Source: Pecten maximus (taxonomy: Eukaryota). Taken from it: DNA of 64,000 nt. The DNA lies in the NCBI RefSeq assembly GCF_902652985.1, contig NC_047026.1, forward strand, positions 19,778,001-19,842,000, in the 5' to 3' direction. Each line of letters begins with the position of its first letter. Position 1 is the stretch's first letter. Below are positions 11,484 to 24,093 of the stretch, in pieces. Made by a program: the position numbers and the translations under genes. The notes under the pieces were generated by a model. It was not told the DNA's origin. It saw only the letters and a list, made by a program, of their open reading frames with translations, and did no database searches.

Positions 11484-11677
11484 ACTGCACTGAACCGATT
11501 GAAATTGTTATGGCCATTGAATTTGGTATTTTGTTGCAAATAAAATGAGATTCCATATATGAACAGATGGAAAAGGTATCAATAATATAATGGTGTTTTA
11601 TGAAATTAATCTAACTTTAATTTCATCAAAAAATCACATTTAAAAACCACACAAATATCCATCAGTTCAGTGCAGAT
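11484..11677. mobile_element. Small MITE nested in the foldback element
   Basis: Inverted ends ctgcactgaac / gttcagtgcag. Confidence 0.45.
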
Positions 11678-12806
11678 AACCCTCATTGGAATTATGTTAA
11701 AGGTAAAAGTGTAACACAATTTTAATTATCTATGGAAAGACAGAAAAAGTAAAATTAAAATAAAGTACCATATCAGAAAGGAACGGTTAGCAATAAGACA
11801 ACACTACTAACATAGCTTATATATAAATACTAAAGCTAAAAAAATAGAAAGTTATAAAAAAAAAAAAAGGAAAAAACACAAAGCCTGTCTTGGCTGTTAT
11901 CGAACCAGCATCCCTGTCCACACGAGGAAATGATGTTACCACTTACACCACTCCATCTTCACAACTTCTATAGGTAAAGAATTATCATACTGATAATACT
12001 GAAATATAAACTGTCGCCGCGCATACTCTGCAGTAATCATTTAGGCCAAAAGAAGAAGACCATGGCAGACGAACTGCAGGTCAGTGAAAATAAGTTACGT
12101 CTTAATTTATGTCATGGCCCTGTGGGCTATTTTAATTCACAATTTTAGCTTATATGCATGGTTTATCAAACACGTTTACAGTTACAGTTTTACTCAACAT
12201 TTTGATTTTGACGCATTTTAATGGTACAAGTGATAGGATACGATTTCGCTCTCCCTCTCCTCCAACTGTCTGTTCACTTGTCAGCAGGGAAGTGTATATT
12301 TTAGACGTATGTACTGATAATAGTAATATTTCTACATTGCCGCACGTGAAATATGTATTTTTTTCAAATTATTATTGTGTCAACTAAGCAATGGCTTTAA
12401 ATGAATGAAGAGTTCGTTACAATATTTAAAGCATTTACTTGGATCATATGGAGATAACAACACTGTACAAAGGCATGTCATTGCAACATCATCAGTTCGT
12501 TCATTCATTCTCGGTATTTCTTAATATCTCATGATAACATCATAATATCAGTGTCAGATCTTGAGACTGATCAAGGCAGAGTGTTGAGGGGTGGGGTGGT
12601 GGTTTAGGGGAATGCGCAACGATGTAACGCCCATATGGGATGGATCACTTATAAAAAAAGTACTTGCTTTTAAAGACAATGAGTATTTACATATAAACAC
12701 TACACAACTTTAATTAAATCTGCCTGGGTGTGAAGAATGTTATCATATTTCTCCCAATGATAAAGGATATGGGCGTTATCAATATTCATCAACATAGACC
12801 GAGTTT

Positions 12807-13465
12807 AATTGAAAATTGCATGGATTGAATGCATACCTCTGTCATGAATTAGCTGTAACTTACCTGTGAAAACTATGGTGGATCTCCTTTACGCATGTCC
12901 AGCCAGTAGGCGATGTTTATCGCCTTTTCGCCCCGCGACAGAGCCAAGATTATCGTCTTTTCGCTATTTTCGTTATTTCTGTCGCTGCAAAAAGACGATG
13001 ATTAGCGGGGCGAAATAACGAAATAACGAAATGGCAAGTATCAGTCACCATACTTAATCGTTCTTGGACTTATCTGTGATGGCTGATATATGCCTTTTCG
13101 TTATTTTGTTATTTTTCGTTATTTTGTTCTTTCGCCCCGCTATTCTTCGTCTTTTCGCATCAACAGAACGAAATAACGAAAAAAAAGTAACGCGAAATAA
13201 CAATATTTTAAGGTCGCTGTTTAGCGACCCGAAAGACTTTGCCCCGCTGTTTATCGTATTTCGCACTGCTAACCATCGCTCTGTCGCCCGGCGGGGCGAA
13301 AAGACGATAATCATCGCCCTCCGGCTGGACATGCGTAAAGCGAAAAACTGAAAGTTTTGATGGCTGCCCACAGAACGTGCTGCCGTGCTGGATTTGTTGT
13401 TTTCACAGGTAAGTTGCAGCGAATTCATGACAGGAGTATGCATTCAAGCTATGCCAATCTCAATT
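12807..13465. mobile_element. Two IS3EU-like terminal fragments in head-to-head inverted arrangement
   Basis: Arms 12807-13052 and 13075-13465 are imperfect reverse complements. Both carry the tcttttcgccccgc subrepeats and a tatggtgRctgat-type terminus related to the element at 32308-43195. Confidence 0.65.
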
Positions 13466-14022
13466 GATTTTCTATCGACTGTGACTGAGGGAGTAAGAAT
13501 TAACATACATTGTCAGACACTTACCTGTACACAACGTCTAAAGGTATTTTTTTTTTTTTTCAAACTACGGTTGCTTTGGCAACGAAAGCAAACATTGAGT
13601 TGTAACTTGTTGTCTTTATGGTACATACTTGGACATTTTTCTTAGTCAAACGATTTATTTTATTTCATTTTTTTCCGATGATGTCATTATTTACAATAGG
13701 AAAACTTTCTATAATTTTAGTGACCAAGAATAGGACTTGAATCTGTAAAATTTTATCACGGACCTCATAAAATATATGTACTAGTATGACATAAGGACAA
13801 CTGTTTCAGTGACGCTATTGTTTATTATATTTCAGGATTCAGGAAATGAATCCTCGCTTTCTTCTATTTTCTTATGTAAATATCTCTAGGACGTTGTACA
13901 TGTAAATGAACATTTCTATCTCCATGGGATTTTAACACTCGCATATCAGGATATAACGTCGTTGGTGAATTCGGCGCCACTGTAATTTCGATAGTGAACT
14001 GATTGTAAGCCACGCCAAACAG

Positions 14023-14821
14023 TTTTTAGCTCACCTGCCCGAAGGGCAAGTGAGCTTATGCCATGGTGCGGCGTCCGTCGTCCGTCCGGTTGTCCGGCCG
14101 TCCGGCGTCAACTTTTTCATTTAAACAACTTCTTCTCAATAACCAAGAGGCCCAGGAACTTCATATTGGGCCTGTAGTATGCTGGGGTGAAGGGCTACCA
14201 AGTTGTTAAAATAAATTACTTTGACCTTCATTCAAGGTCACAGGGGTCAAATACGCTATAACCTTCAAACGACTTCTTCTCAATAACCAAAAGGTCCAGG
14301 GACTTGATATTGGGCCTGTAGCATGCTGGGATGAAGGGCTACCAAGTTTGTTAAAATAAATGACCTCGACCTTCATTCAAGGTCACATGGGTCAAATAGG
14401 TTAAAATCTTTAAAAGACTTCTTCTCAATAACCAAGAGGCCCAGGGACTTGATATTGGGCCTGTAGCATGCTTGGGTGAAGGGCTACCAAGTTTGTTCAA
14501 ATAGATGACCTTGACCTTCATTCAAGGTCACATGGGTCAAATAGGTTAAAATCTTTAAAAGACTTCTTCTCAATAACCAAGAGGCCCAGGGACTTGATAT
14601 TGGGCCTGTCTGTAGCATGCTTAGAGCCAAGAGCCAAGACCCAATCTTAGGCCAATAGTATGCTGGAATGAAAAAAAATATATTGACATGAACAAACCTA
14701 GCTTACTCTGATATTTGAATAAAGTTATTATCAGCATATAGTATCTGTAGAAATGACCTCAATCAACTGCAAATTTGCTCTAGAGTCAGATGAGCGATAC
14801 AGGCCCATTGGGCCTCTTGTT
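14023..14821 (+). mobile_element. Non-autonomous Helentron-derived element (HINE/pearl-like) with ~3.5 internal 145-bp repeats
   Basis: 5' tttttagctcacctg...gtgagct hairpin and (gtcc) microsatellite. Repeat anchors at 14129, 14273, 14418, 14563. 3' cagatgagcga followed by the palindrome aggcccattgggcct and cttgtt. Confidence 0.85.
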
Positions 14822-16094
14822 ACACAGAGTTCTCGTGATCGAAGAAAATGATAAGTACATTGTTATTGGTTTTTGATGGCGCAACTGACACGATGATCCG
14901 TGCAGTATCGGACTCGTGCGATATATGGATTCGTCACTTGAGCCAATTTTGTATTTTTTCATATATATATGATGTAGTATAAAGTTTTCTGTTTTAATTA
15001 CAAAAATAATGGGAAATGGTTACAATTTCAATTCTTATATCTTTCTATTCAATCTTGAGTTGAAGATTATTGTATCGTACTTCCTGAAAAGAATTCGTGT
15101 ATGATTGTTTGTGTATGTCCACTAGCACGCCTAGTTATTCATATTACGTTAACACCAAAGACGTATTGGCTAATCTTGACACGTCTTAAGAATCAGGGAC
15201 CGATTGCTGACAAGCACGTTGTTTAAAGGCAGGCCTTATCAGACCCCATTGGTACAGATTCAGCGAGCCTTTAATCGCGGTCAAGACACACATTTACAAA
15301 CATTTACACTACCATAATTATTATTGACAGATATTTAAAAAAACAACACAACATTTGGTAAACCAGAAAACAAAAAGAGCCAACAGAGAAACACTAGATA
15401 TAGAGGATAAGAGTAAATCCTCAATAAATTACATTGTATATTATGATATTATATCTTTATATTTGGTCTCTTATGTTAGTTAATGCTAAAAATGGAGGAT
15501 TCGTTCAGCTGAAACACTTTTAATGCTAAGTATTCTTATCGGAAGATATAAAAAGAGTTGTTTACCCATTGTTTATCTTAATTCATATGTTTAAGAAAAC
15601 AAATTCTAACTTGCAATATCTATATCAATGTTATCCATAAATATTGTAACCTATCACCATACATTTCAAGTTTTATTTTTATCTAAATTCGTAGTAATTA
15701 ACTAGCCAAACATTGTTGAAATAAGTCTGGCATGGATACAATGTGTTTAACTATATATGTGTTATACTCGTTTTGGACTTAATATACAGTGTTGAAACCA
15801 ATAACTGGTGTTGTTCTTTATTTAGCTGCTAATATCTGCTCATTTTTATAACGAGCACATATAAACCGTTCCAAACAAACTGCTCGAGGGAGCACGTCTG
15901 GAACGTATCACCCATATCCACATTTTAGCACTATATATTCCTTTTGATCCGTATTCTCTCCGCACCTTGATAAGTCGAGAGGTAGAAAAGATCGCATCAA
16001 GTGGAAATTGAATATGTAATAGAATGGGTAGTTTTTAATCATTTAGTGTTAATGAGACGGGGGATTCGAATAAGATATAAGTTCTGAATAAAAT

Positions 16095-16950
16095 CATAGA
16101 GAAAGAGAAATCGAATAAGTAATGAGAAAATCGAATAAGTAATGGGTGAATTGAACAAGTAATAATGTATGGATTAGGAATGGAATGGTGGAATGTGTAT
16201 TGGGAATGCCTATTAATTAGTTTTGAGCCATCTTAAGTTTTAATTAGTAGAGAGAAATCGAATAAGTAATGAGAAAATCGAATAAGTAACGAGAGAGAAA
16301 CGAATAAGTAATGGGTGAATTGAACAAGTAATAATGTATGGATTAGGAATGGAATGGTGGAATGTGCATTGGGAATGCCTATTAATTAGTTTTGAACCAT
16401 CTTAAGTGTTAATTAGTAAAGAGAAATCGAATAAGTAATGAGAAAATCGAATAAGTAATGAGAGAGAATCGAATAAGTAATGGGTGAATTGAACAAGTAA
16501 TAATGTATGGATTAGGAATGGAATGGTGGAATGTGCATTGGGAATGCCTATTAATTAGTTTTGAACCATCTTAAGTGTTAATTAGTAAAGAGAAATCGAA
16601 TAAGTAATGAGAAAATCGAATAAGTAATGAGAGAGAATCGAATAAGTAATGGGTGAATTGAACAAGTAATAATGTATGGATTAGGAATGGAATGGTGGAA
16701 TGTGCATTAGGAATGCCAATTAATTAGTTTTGAACCATCTTAAGTGTTAATTAGTAGAGAGAAATCGAATAAGTAATGAGAAAATCGAATAAGTAATGAG
16801 AGAGAATCGAATAAGTAATGGGGGAATTGAACAAGTAATAATGTATGGATTAGGAATGGAATGGTGGAATGTGCATTGGGAATGCCTATTAATTAGTTTT
16901 GAACCATCTTAAGTGTTAATTAGTAAAGAGAAATCGAATAAGTAATGGAA
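16095..16950 (-). repeat. Right-arm tandem array of the foldback element (169-bp units)
   Basis: Anchor ggattaggaatggaatgg at 16171, 16340, 16509, 16678, 16847. Confidence 0.95.
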
Positions 16951-17111
16951 TAAGGAATAAGGAATAAGTAATCAACTTCACGGAGGTCTTATAAATATGG
17001 TTCCTGTCACTAAGCTCCCAAAATGTTTCGAATTCCTGACACTACTCTTTCCGTCTCCAAACCGAAAGTACAACTATGTGGCCTCGTTTTGGGTTGTTCT
17101 TCTTTGACATT

Positions 17112-20100
17112 ATGGCGGCAGTTACGCCAGGAAAACGCAAGCATTTCGATGAGGGACGTGACGATGCCCGAGCGGTAGATATTTCAATGAAGAGATGTCG
17201 CATGGACAATTGCTTTTCCACAACTGGCCACATGTGCATAGACTTCCCTGAACGGTTATTGGATGGAGTTATGAACGTGTTGATGAACAATCTCTGTGGC
17301 AGGTATTGCGGTGCACTGTTGACTGTAACTCCACTCATTGTCATCAACAGTAACGCCGCTGACGAGAGTAGGCCAGTAGGATACACATTTCCAAAAGCAT
17401 ACTGTAGTATTAGTAAATATGATAAGCAGTTCGTGTTGTCGTCTCTCTTCAAGACTGGCTTAGATATTTTAATGGATTATGTGGAACAAAAGAAACTTCC
17501 TCCAAACAACGAAGACAAATATGTACTGGACATTCTCCTGCATTTCATTTTCACGTTGACTAGCACAGGTAACAGAAGTTTTTAAAGCGATCTGATTAAA
17601 ATAGCCCTGCCATCCGCGCTCTGTTCCGTAAACTACTCTGCTACATGTACATGTACAGTTGTACGTCTGAGTTTTAGTTTACAGAATGGGATCAGGTTTT
17701 TGTAAAAGTAATAGTTAAGTCAATGAGGCATTGTTGTTTGGGGTCTGATTTACTCATACCCAATTGAACTCAAACACTGTTATTGATCGGATTTTAGGTC
17801 AACAGAGTGTAGAAATTATGCACCAAGTGACCAACATGTATATTGTGGGGAAATGTATACGTATTTCATTTTAGTTTAAAAACCTAAAAATCAACTTTTG
17901 GTTTTATTTCAGAACTCGGGCAACAATTAAGGCCTCTTTGTCTCTTGTTGGATTTAAATTAAAGCTTTTAAGAACTTCAGGTGTTTTCATTTTCCTTTAC
18001 TTCTCTATTCAGTGATGAAATTGTTACTCTAAGCAGTAACAGTAACTGTTACCCAGATGCAGGATCATACAGTAATATGTGGGTATCATGTATATATGCG
18101 GTTTTGCCCAACTTGTCCCAACGCCACATACAAATGTACTTACATGTACCATAACCGTAGATTCAAATATCCTGACCAATAGCCTGTTTACCATTAGCTA
18201 TCTGCTGTTGTATAAGACACAGGGATTTATTGCTGGAATCTAGACAGCAATTGTGAGAGATTTACAAGTCGACGTATTTGACAGAATATTGATACAGAAT
18301 TCAATTATTTCAGATGATGCCTTTTGCCACAGTAAACAAGTAGATGTTATTTAGTGATAAGTAGGGAGATTTATGTTTTGAAGCAGAGATTTTTTTTTGT
18401 ATCATGATGTTGCATTGTTTCTTTAATAATAATTCAGTTCTAAGTCTGTATTTAGATTCAACTAAACATAATTCAGATAGTTTTGAGCAATGACCATAAA
18501 GGCACATGGGCCTCTTTTTTGGACAAACTATTCTGATTAAAAGAAGGTGTTTGTTCATGAACACTTCTATTTCATTATTTGATTTAGTTTAAACATATTT
18601 TATTGACATAAAATGATAAAGGGATAAGTTGGTCAGTTTTACCAACATTTAACTTCTCCTGTAATAATTATTTGATAATTGGGAGTAACTGCTCATAATG
18701 CTTTCAGAAAATAGCATGTCGAGGGTCTTGACCACACCCCTTAAGTCAGTAATCAAAATGGTTAAGATCCCAACTTATAACTGTACATTGTATCTATACA
18801 AAAGCCTTGTTGGATGTCGATGAGAAATAAGATTTGCTTTTGAGAATCGCTAAGACAAGATCTAGAGAGCAGGGAAACCCTTTGATATTAACATTACACT
18901 ACTATTTCAATATTTTTTTCACAATTTCTTAAATACCAGGTTATACAGGCCCTCTAGACCTCTTGTTTATATATATTTGTCAGTATCATTCAACAGGAGT
19001 GCCACTAGGTGTGGGCCAGGATACATGCTAAATAAAGTGTAGTAAAGTGGTAAAAGTGTTCAATGTCCAGCAGTTCTTTATAAAATTAAACCTTTTTCAA
19101 GTTTATTGACCAACAGATGACTATATATTGTTACTTGATTTTTATCTCTGTTCAATAAATGTTCTGTGTATTTTTTCAGGTGCACAGTCACCATTTGATG
19201 AATTGGATCATTTGTCAGAAACTGATCGCTCCATTATTTTGGCCAATCATCTGTTTGGAAAGCTGTCAACATCATCACATTTTGTCATCAATAAACATTG
19301 GAAAGGGAGAGCACCAAATGCAGCCTCATGTTCTTGTTCCAATCCTTCCTGTAAAATGACAGGCCTGTTTGGAGACACAAGTATAGGTAACTCAAATAGC
19401 TGCATTTTCCAAGTATTCAAATAGCTTTTCATGTTCAATACCTTTACTGGCTCAAATATAGCAGTTCACTTCTGAAAATAAACCCATAGTTATATAATTA
19501 GTAGCTTGTCTTCTACAATACTTAACCGAGGAGCTGTAGTTTTACACTTCTACACATTTTTCAGAAACATAACTTGGTGGTTCTTCCTTAGATCCAAGTT
19601 TTAATATTAACAACATGTTTAGACCCTTTGGGGCCTCCCCTGAGTTGAAACGTGTCAACAACTCTCTCATTAAAATTTGGATCAGAGGAAGAACTGCCAT
19701 GTTTGGCTCACTCTTTTAAGTACATGTATTGATATTAGATGCATTATGTAAAAAGAAACTGCACCATAGTCGTCTATTTGACACATGACTGACTGATGAA
19801 TAATACATGTAGATTGACCCAATAACCTGTAATGTTCCATAGTTGATATGACAATTAACCAGTCTCAGTTGGTTTAATGTGTACTACAATGTTAACTCTA
19901 GTGTACTACAGTGTTATTTCTAGTGCACTATTGTTAACTCCAGTGTACTGCAGTGTTATTTCTAGTGCACTATTGTTAACTCCAGTGTACTGCAGTGTTA
20001 TTTCTAGTGCACTATTGTTAACTCCAGTGTACTGCAGTGTGAACTCTAGTGCACTATTGTTAACTCCAGTGTACTGCAGTGTTATTTCTAGTGCACTATT

Positions 20101-21529
20101 GTTAACTCCAGTGTTATTTCTAGTGCACTATTGTGTATAACTCCAGTGTACTGCAGTGTGAACTCTAGTGTACTACAGTGTTAACTCCAGTGCTCTACAG
20201 TATTAACTCCAGTGTACTACAGTGTTAACTCCAGTGTACTACAGTGTGAACTCTAGTGTACTACAGTGTTAACTCCAGTGCTCTACAGTATTAACTCCAG
20301 TGCACTACAGTGTTAACTCCAGTGCACTACAGTATTAACTCCAGTGCACTACAGTGTTAACTCCAGTGTACTACAGTGTTAACTCCAATGTACTACGGTG
20401 TTAACCCCAGCGTACTACTGTTAACTCCAGTGTACTTCAGTGTTAACTCCAATGCACTAGTCTACCAAGTTTAGTTAGCTCCTAGTTGTATGTGTAGGTC
20501 TAATCAAGTAGTTTTAAACTTCACAAACTTGATATTTTTATGCTAAGCTATATTGACATACCCATACCAAGTAATATTATACTATTTCATAGAAAATACT
20601 TGACAATCTTTCTCAAATCTTATGTATAAGGTCCTGTTGTTTCCTAGTTGTTTATGTTTACCTTTGAGACTAATGAGACAAACATATAGCTATATAGGTC
20701 AACAGGTGACCTTCTTGGATTTTGAAAGTTAAGTTTGTTAATGGTATTTCTCAGAAAGTACTCAAGACAGTCTTTCTCAGATTATATTTGTAAGTTCCCT
20801 AAAGTACTTAGTTTTACATGTTCAAAATTTATGTGAATGTTAAGGTTCTTGGTCAGTCTTCTTTCTTAATTGATGTGTTTTTCTTGTTGCTTTACAGGGA
20901 ATGAAACTGTTTGGCATGGCAATTTGGATGTAATTGTCAACGATGAAGTTGTTGTAGAAGTTCTTGAAGATTTGCAAAATAGTCCAGGGGGAAAATCACC
21001 TGTCAAAGTGAAGTTAAAAACTTCTTCATTTTCAAGAAATCCTCAGATAATCGCTAAAACAATAGTGTTTTCTTTTCTTCAGAAGAAGAGGCACCCAGAG
21101 AGAAGTCATTTTCTTACACCCTGTATTGGAGTAACTGGTAGTGATTTGGTGATCTATTGTTATGACTCTGAACATGATACCCTTCTGGAAAGCAGCACTA
21201 TTCCTTTGTTTGCTCCTGATTCGGTGACTGGAGGCATCAACCTAACCGCCATTGTGGTAACCTGGCTTGTTGTCAATCACAAATATCTTTGCAGTGGTTT
21301 GATTCATATGGATGATTTGAAGACACTAAAGTCAGGATTCTTTGACCAGATACAAGCCAAGTGTGATGTATATGAAAATGAGTTACAGATCGGTGGGATT
21401 GTTCCACAGAATTACAATGCACCTGCTTGTTCTGCCCCAAATAATCTTGTCTTTGATGCTACAGCTGTCATCGCCAATAATCGATGTTTAAAGATTGGAA
21501 TTACTCGAAATGGTCTTTCAAAAAAATAA
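17112..21529 (+). CDS. Gene A: uncharacterised 3-exon protein (~431 aa) with Cys cluster and putative PD-(D/E)xK-like C-terminal domain; exons 17112-17568, 19180-19386, 20898-21529
   Basis: Canonical GT-AG phase-1 introns (acag|gtaac, ttttcag|gt, atag|gtaac, tttacag|gg) join three ORFs into one uninterrupted 1296-nt frame. Clear paralogy with gene B. An extra small exon cannot be excluded, and the domain call is inference. Confidence 0.8.
19575..19697. mobile_element. Small MITE in intron 2 of gene A
   Basis: Inverted ends gttcttcct..gatccaagttttaat / attaaaatttggatc..aggaagaac. Confidence 0.5.
19877..20460 (+). repeat. Minisatellite of ~22-bp units (gtgttaactccagtgtactaca), partly as 45-bp dimers
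   Basis: Directly visible tandem array. Confidence 0.95.
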
Positions 21530-23676
21530 CGAGACGGAACAATATTGATGATGTCTGTTTATACCTTGTAAAAATACTTGATCTGAATGACATGTTAGAG
21601 AGTAGAGAAGTCATTGCTGATGGTACAACATGTATTTTAATTAGTAATCAGACTGATATATTTATTGCCTGTCCATAACATAACTACATCTTCAGAGTTT
21701 ATGATATGCAAATGTACAACTATATATTAATCCTCAGTTGGTTTAAACCTAAAAAAGAATTACCAGGCACTCAATGAATGAGATGTTGATAAGAAGATGA
21801 TTTTCTTTTGGAATTAATGAATCTGCTTGTACTATTTTGGTGAACGAAGTTTATGTGAGTTGACTTTCTCTCCTTAGCTGGAAAGACATTTTGCTATTCA
21901 AAATTCACAGATAGTTAATGCTGAAATGTATGGTTGTACAGTTTTTAACTCCCTATCTGAAGTAAAATTTCGATGTTGAGCCATGTGTACTTGGAAATCA
22001 AAAATGTTTTGTAAAAGAATGTAAATTGGATGTAAGAGAGCCAAAAGGTAATGTTTTGTAATATTATACTAAAATGAGATTGAAGCTTTGCTTTATTGTT
22101 TTGCCAATATCTAAGGTAAAAATACCCCACTGTAGAATTATTATACTCATCGTATACTTTTCAAGGGTTAGAATTGCACTACTTCTGTTTACATGTAACA
22201 ACTCTCAAATACTAGTGTAAACAATCCTGGTTTGTACATGTCTATAATTTGGTACTATGATGAAGTAAGTGTACCTCAAACTTATTTGATGAATATTATC
22301 AGATATTCACTGGCATGTAACATTGAATAAAGAACAAAGAATGACTTTGTGTACATTTTTTTATATTATGTAACCTCCATCAATGACAGTTTTGCACATT
22401 TTATGTTTTTGATTATCTCCTTCCAACAGAATGTGAGAAGTATGATTTAATAAACTCGTACATGCATTATCCTGCACTGCATTGATTGTCATGCTTCATT
22501 TCCCTGCAATAACTGCAGTAAATGTTACAGGTTTTTTTCAAACTTGGCAACAAGGAAAAATGTCTTAAGGGCTCTGTAAAGTTTCATTGCCACTTATGCT
22601 GGACGCTATTTGATGGAGTTATGGTCCCTTGGTTAGCTAGAAACGGTGTTTTCTGCTGTGTCCATGCATTAACTACAACACATGTTTTCAGATTTTCTTC
22701 AATCTAAGTAACAAGATTAAACGTCCCTAGGGCTCAGCCAAATTGCATTGTCACTTTTACCTTATTTTTGACGGAATTATTGTTATGTATATAGTTGAAT
22801 GGGTGTGAGGAGATTACACATTACAGTCTAAGGGAGATAATAAAATCCAGTATGTATCAGAGTTATTCCCCCTTTTGTAAATCTCTTGTGATAAAAGATT
22901 ATAATTGTTAGAATACAGAAAGATTTGGAACTGGAAGGACGTGTTTATTGTTCATATTGTCTAACTATAATATCCGTAATGTAAATCAGCGAGTCCCAAA
23001 CAACATAACAGTTCATTACATTATGGCCCACTGATTAACTAAAAACATAAGTTTTCTGCTGTTTCGTATAATAACTGGAACAGTTGTTAAAAGATTATGT
23101 TCAAACTTAATAACAAAGTTAAATGCCTTAACTGGCTTAAGGCTACTTAGGCCAAGTTCGATTGTCACTTTTGTCGGACGTTATTTGGCAGACTTATGGC
23201 CCTTTATGGTTGAAAAAGTTTGTGCTGTTTCCGTGTAATAACTCCCACAAATATTGTCCATCGGGTTTTCATCAAAATTAATAAAATGGTTTTCGCCACT
23301 TGATTTATGAAAAAAAGATGTAATTTGACGTTAAATAACTCTCCACAATATTTTTTTTCGAAAGTCTTCAAACTTATAAGAACAGAATTCAATATATTAA
23401 GGGCTCTGCCAAATTTGTGATGGGGTTCGGTAATGGCAGATGACAAGAGAAGTCTAGCAAAATGAGTTTTATATATTACTTTATTACGTAATACATGTTC
23501 AATAAAGCACCAAACTAATGTGTCAGGCTATGAGTTTCAAGCAATACATGATGGCTCAACACAAAATTTATCATTCTGCCGAGCTTTAATGACATGTTTA
23601 CACCTGACCACAAAACATATTTACCTACAATATATCAGGAAAGCGGGGGATATCATTTCACGAATTTGCATCGTTT

Positions 23677-24093
23677 TGTAACAGAGCACATGATTAATTA
23701 AATTTAAATCACTGCCTCCGCTGGGGATCGAACCCGGGACCTCTGGCTTACTAGTCTTACGCTCAACCGATCGAGCTAAAGAGAAGATCTCTCTAGCCAA
23801 GCGGTATATTGCGGCTAGTATTTACCAAGGTTACATACTCCCCCTCCAGGAAAGAACTCGTCCTCGGGTTTCCAGGAGTAACAGCGATGCTTGTGGAGCA
23901 ATCCTGAGTATTTTTCCCGGGTCCCTACGTGGGCGCCAATGTAACAGAGCACATGATTAATTAAATTTAAATCACTGCCTCCGCTGGGGATCGAACCCGG
24001 GACCTCCGGCTTACTAGTCTTACGCTCAACCGATCGAGCTAAAGATCTCTCTAGCCAAGCGGTATATTGCGGCTAGTATTTACCAAGGTTACA
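23677..24093 (-). mobile_element. TRIM (non-autonomous LTR retrotransposon) with tRNA-like sequence in each LTR, Helenus-like
   Basis: LTRs 23677-23835 and 23940-24093 (TGTAAC...GTTACA) differ by 1 substitution and a 5-bp indel. PBS TGGCGCCCACGTAGGGAC (23938-23921, tRNA-Lys-like). PPT ggagggggagta (23847-23836). 4-bp TSD gttt. A box TAGCTCGATCGG and B box GGTTCGATCC in each LTR. Confidence 0.92.

Larger units (their letters stand above)
9346..16987. mobile_element. Non-autonomous foldback-type (probably MULE-mobilised) DNA transposon, 7642 bp
   Basis: 53-bp perfect terminal inverted repeat acctccgtgaagttgattacttattcc... continuing into related tandem arrays on both arms. 9-bp TSD cttataaat at 9337-9345 and 16988-16996. 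No transposase ORF inside. Confidence 0.92.

Noticed and set aside
11880-11955. tRNA gene on the minus strand
   Set aside because: Only a B-box-like ggttcgataac and a weak A box; no cloverleaf. At most a decayed SINE head.
13054-13443. ORFs on both strands
   Set aside because: They fall within repetitive transposon terminal sequence and show no protein motifs.
23710-23790. Genuine tRNA-Thr(AGT) genes (two copies)
   Set aside because: Acceptor and anticodon stems pair poorly, and both copies sit inside TG...CA LTRs of a TRIM.
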